Shown here one piece after another: positions 37,961-39,196 of a stretch of DNA of 39,196 nucleotides. Under the pieces are notes generated by a model. The model was given only the letters and a program-made list of their open reading frames with translations. It was not told the origin of the DNA and did no database searches. Source of the stretch: an uncultured Opitutia bacterium. GTDB taxonomy: Bacteria > Verrucomicrobiota > Verrucomicrobiia > Opitutales > UBA953. The stretch spans positions 1 to 39,196 of the forward strand of contig CALNBE010000236.1 of NCBI GenBank assembly GCA_937874455.1, given 5' to 3'. Positions within the stretch are counted from its first letter, which is position 1. The number at the start of each line of letters is the position of its first letter. The position numbers were made by a program, and so were the translations under genes.

Positions 37961-39196
37961 TCAAGGCCTCGTGTCGGCGAGGAACGGGCTCGGGCTTTGC
38001 GGCTCATAAGCTTTGGTCCAAACGTTACGGCGGGTCTCGCTCCAGGTCAGGAAGAGGTTCTTCCGGGCCCGGGTCATGGCCACAAAAAGAACCCGGCGGT
38101 CTTCCTCGGGGTTCCGCCCGTAGGCTTTGGCGTTGCAGTTGATCACCGCGACGTTGTCGAACTCCAGGCCTTTGCTGGCGTGGCAGGTCATGACCACGAT
38201 GCCTTCCTCGGGGGCTGCGGGGGTTTCCTCCATCACCTGCCGGAGTTTCAGTGCGATCTCCGTCGCCCGGGTGGTCCAGTGGGTTTTGCCCTCGGATGCG
38301 GCCAGCAGCATCTTGCGCATTTCCTGGCTGAAGCCAATCCCTTCCATCCACTGAAGCAGGCCGGTTTCCGCGGTGGCTGGCTCCAGCGGGCGCAGGCTGT
38401 TGGCCTTGTCTGCCATGGCCACGGCGACCCGGCGGGCGAGTTCTCCGGCTCCCCACTTCTCCCGGATAAAGGTCTGGCCGGCCAGCGGGTGATCGGGGTT
38501 GGTGACCAGCGTCAGGGCGGCCAAGGCCAGCCGGAGGTCCCCGGGGGGCTTGGGTTTCTCGTTCCGGTAATGGCTGACCTCGGCGGCGGTCAGCTGCTCC
38601 TGGATGAAGTCCTTGTCAGCGTTATACCGGCAAAGGATGGCGGTCGTGGTGCCTGGTGTGGTGACCTTCTTGGCAAAGGCAATCACCCCGGCGGCCTCGT
38701 CGTATTCGTTCACGAAGCTCTTCCGGGCGACCTTCCCCGGATGCCCCGCGGCGCTCACTGTCTTTTTGTCGAACCGGTTCCGGTTCTTCCGGATCATGGC
38801 CTGGGCGGCGTCGCAGACCTCGGAGCCGCATCGGAAGTTTTCCTCAAGAAAGCCAGTGAAGGTCCCGGGCTGGCTGGATGCTTCCATGATGTTTTCGAGC
38901 CGGCCTCCGCGGAATCCGTAAATGGCTTGGTCGGGGTCGCCGACGAAGAACCGGTTTTCCGCCTGGATCATTCCGTAGATGGCGTGGTCGTGGCTTCCGC
39001 TGTCCTGGTATTCGTCCACCATCAGTCCCTTCAGCCGGAGGGTCTTGCGCTCCAGCAGTTCCCTCATGCTGATGAGGAGGGTGTCGAAGTCCTCGGCGTC
39101 CAGTTCCTTCAGCTTGGCCCGGTAGTGCATCGTCAGGACTTTCTCGGCCTGCGTGGTGGCCTCCCCGGTGTTTAGGCATTCCCGGGCGGCCTTCAT
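37961..39196 (-). CDS. UvrD/PcrA-type SF1 helicase (5' end outside window)
   Basis: Motifs: MVDEYQD, GDPDQAIYGFRGG, ENFRC, and a C-terminal VMTCHASKGLEFD...FVAMTRAR. The Walker A region is missing, so the true start lies beyond 39196. Confidence 0.85.
   Translation of the reverse strand: MKAARECLNTGEATTQAEKVLTMHYRAKLKELDAEDFDTLLISMRELLERKTLRLKGLMVDEYQDSGSHDHAIYGMIQAENRFFVGDPDQAIYGFRGGRLENIMEASSQPGTFTGFLEENFRCGSEVCDAAQAMIRKNRNRFDKKTVSAAGHPGKVARKSFVNEYDEAAGVIAFAKKVTTPGTTTAILCRYNADKDFIQEQLTAAEVSHYRNEKPKPPGDLRLALAALTLVTNPDHPLAGQTFIREKWGAGELARRVAVAMADKANSLRPLEPATAETGLLQWMEGIGFSQEMRKMLLAASEGKTHWTTRATEIALKLRQVMEETPAAPEEGIVVMTCHASKGLEFDNVAVINCNAKAYGRNPEEDRRVLFVAMTRARKNLFLTWSETRRNVWTKAYEPQSPSPFLADTRP

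Noticed and set aside
106-39175. Very long plus-strand ORFs, for example 106..1566, 3513..5495, 11217..12707, 14149..15600, 23432..25033, 25061..26968, 28028..29710, 30608..33094 and 37784..39175.
   Set aside because: Each lies antisense to a minus-strand ORF with clear family motifs (capsid, MuF, portal, terminase, methyltransferase, helicases). Their products are Gly/Arg/Ala/Val/His-rich and low-complexity with no motifs. This is the typical stop-codon-poor antisense frame of a high-GC genome.
1-39196. tRNA or rRNA genes, integrase or attachment sites, transposases, and toxin-antitoxin pairs.
   Set aside because: No cloverleaf-like sequences appear in the few non-coding gaps, and no tyrosine/serine recombinase or DDE motifs were recognised in any frame. 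Lysogeny functions, if present, lie outside the window.

Overview
The window is one contiguous stretch of a high-GC tailed-phage or prophage genome. GC is roughly 60-65% by eye, not computed. Every credible gene (about 64) lies on the minus strand, so transcription runs from 39196 down to 1. The long plus-strand ORFs are antisense shadows.

Gene order in the direction of transcription:
- **Replication and recombination module (39196-26138):** UvrD-like helicase, replisome organizer with an embedded iteron origin, DnaC-like loader, KH protein, SWIM protein, RecU-like resolvase, ParB-like HTH protein, SF2 DEAH helicase, HNH endonuclease, a DUF550-like/PD-(D/E)xK fusion, SNF2 helicase and a ParB-methyltransferase.
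- **Packaging (26133-23444):** small terminase, a single-HKD PLD-family protein, then large terminase.
- **Accessory island (23218-16130, about 7.3 kb):** small, mostly unknown and often membrane-associated genes.
- **Head module, interrupted by non-structural genes:** portal, small cargo genes, MuF/SPP1-gp7-like head morphogenesis protein, an island with DUF4326-HTH, GNAT, MazG-like and C5-methyltransferase genes, scaffold, major capsid, and a repeat-containing virion protein.
- **Head-tail joining and tail:** adaptor, head-closure, gp10-like and tail-terminator-like genes, then the start of a tail-tube-like gene that runs off the left edge.

No tRNA, rRNA, CRISPR array, integrase or transposase was found.

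The most unusual content is non-coding and repeated:
1. Six perfect copies of the 16-bp palindrome GGCGCCAATTGGCGCC.
2. A CGAACCCGAACCC-type A/C-rich leader in place of a Shine-Dalgarno sequence upstream of at least 13 start codons.
3. Three copies of an ~80-bp promoter-like cassette in front of unrelated small genes.
4. A lambda-like origin (three iterons plus an AT-rich tract) inside the initiator gene.

Many starts were re-assigned to internal ATGs that form ATGA stop/start overlaps. CDS coordinates are anchored on the ORF track. Motif coordinates were indexed by hand and may be off by 1-2 nt. All functional calls rest on motif recognition by eye; no searches were run.
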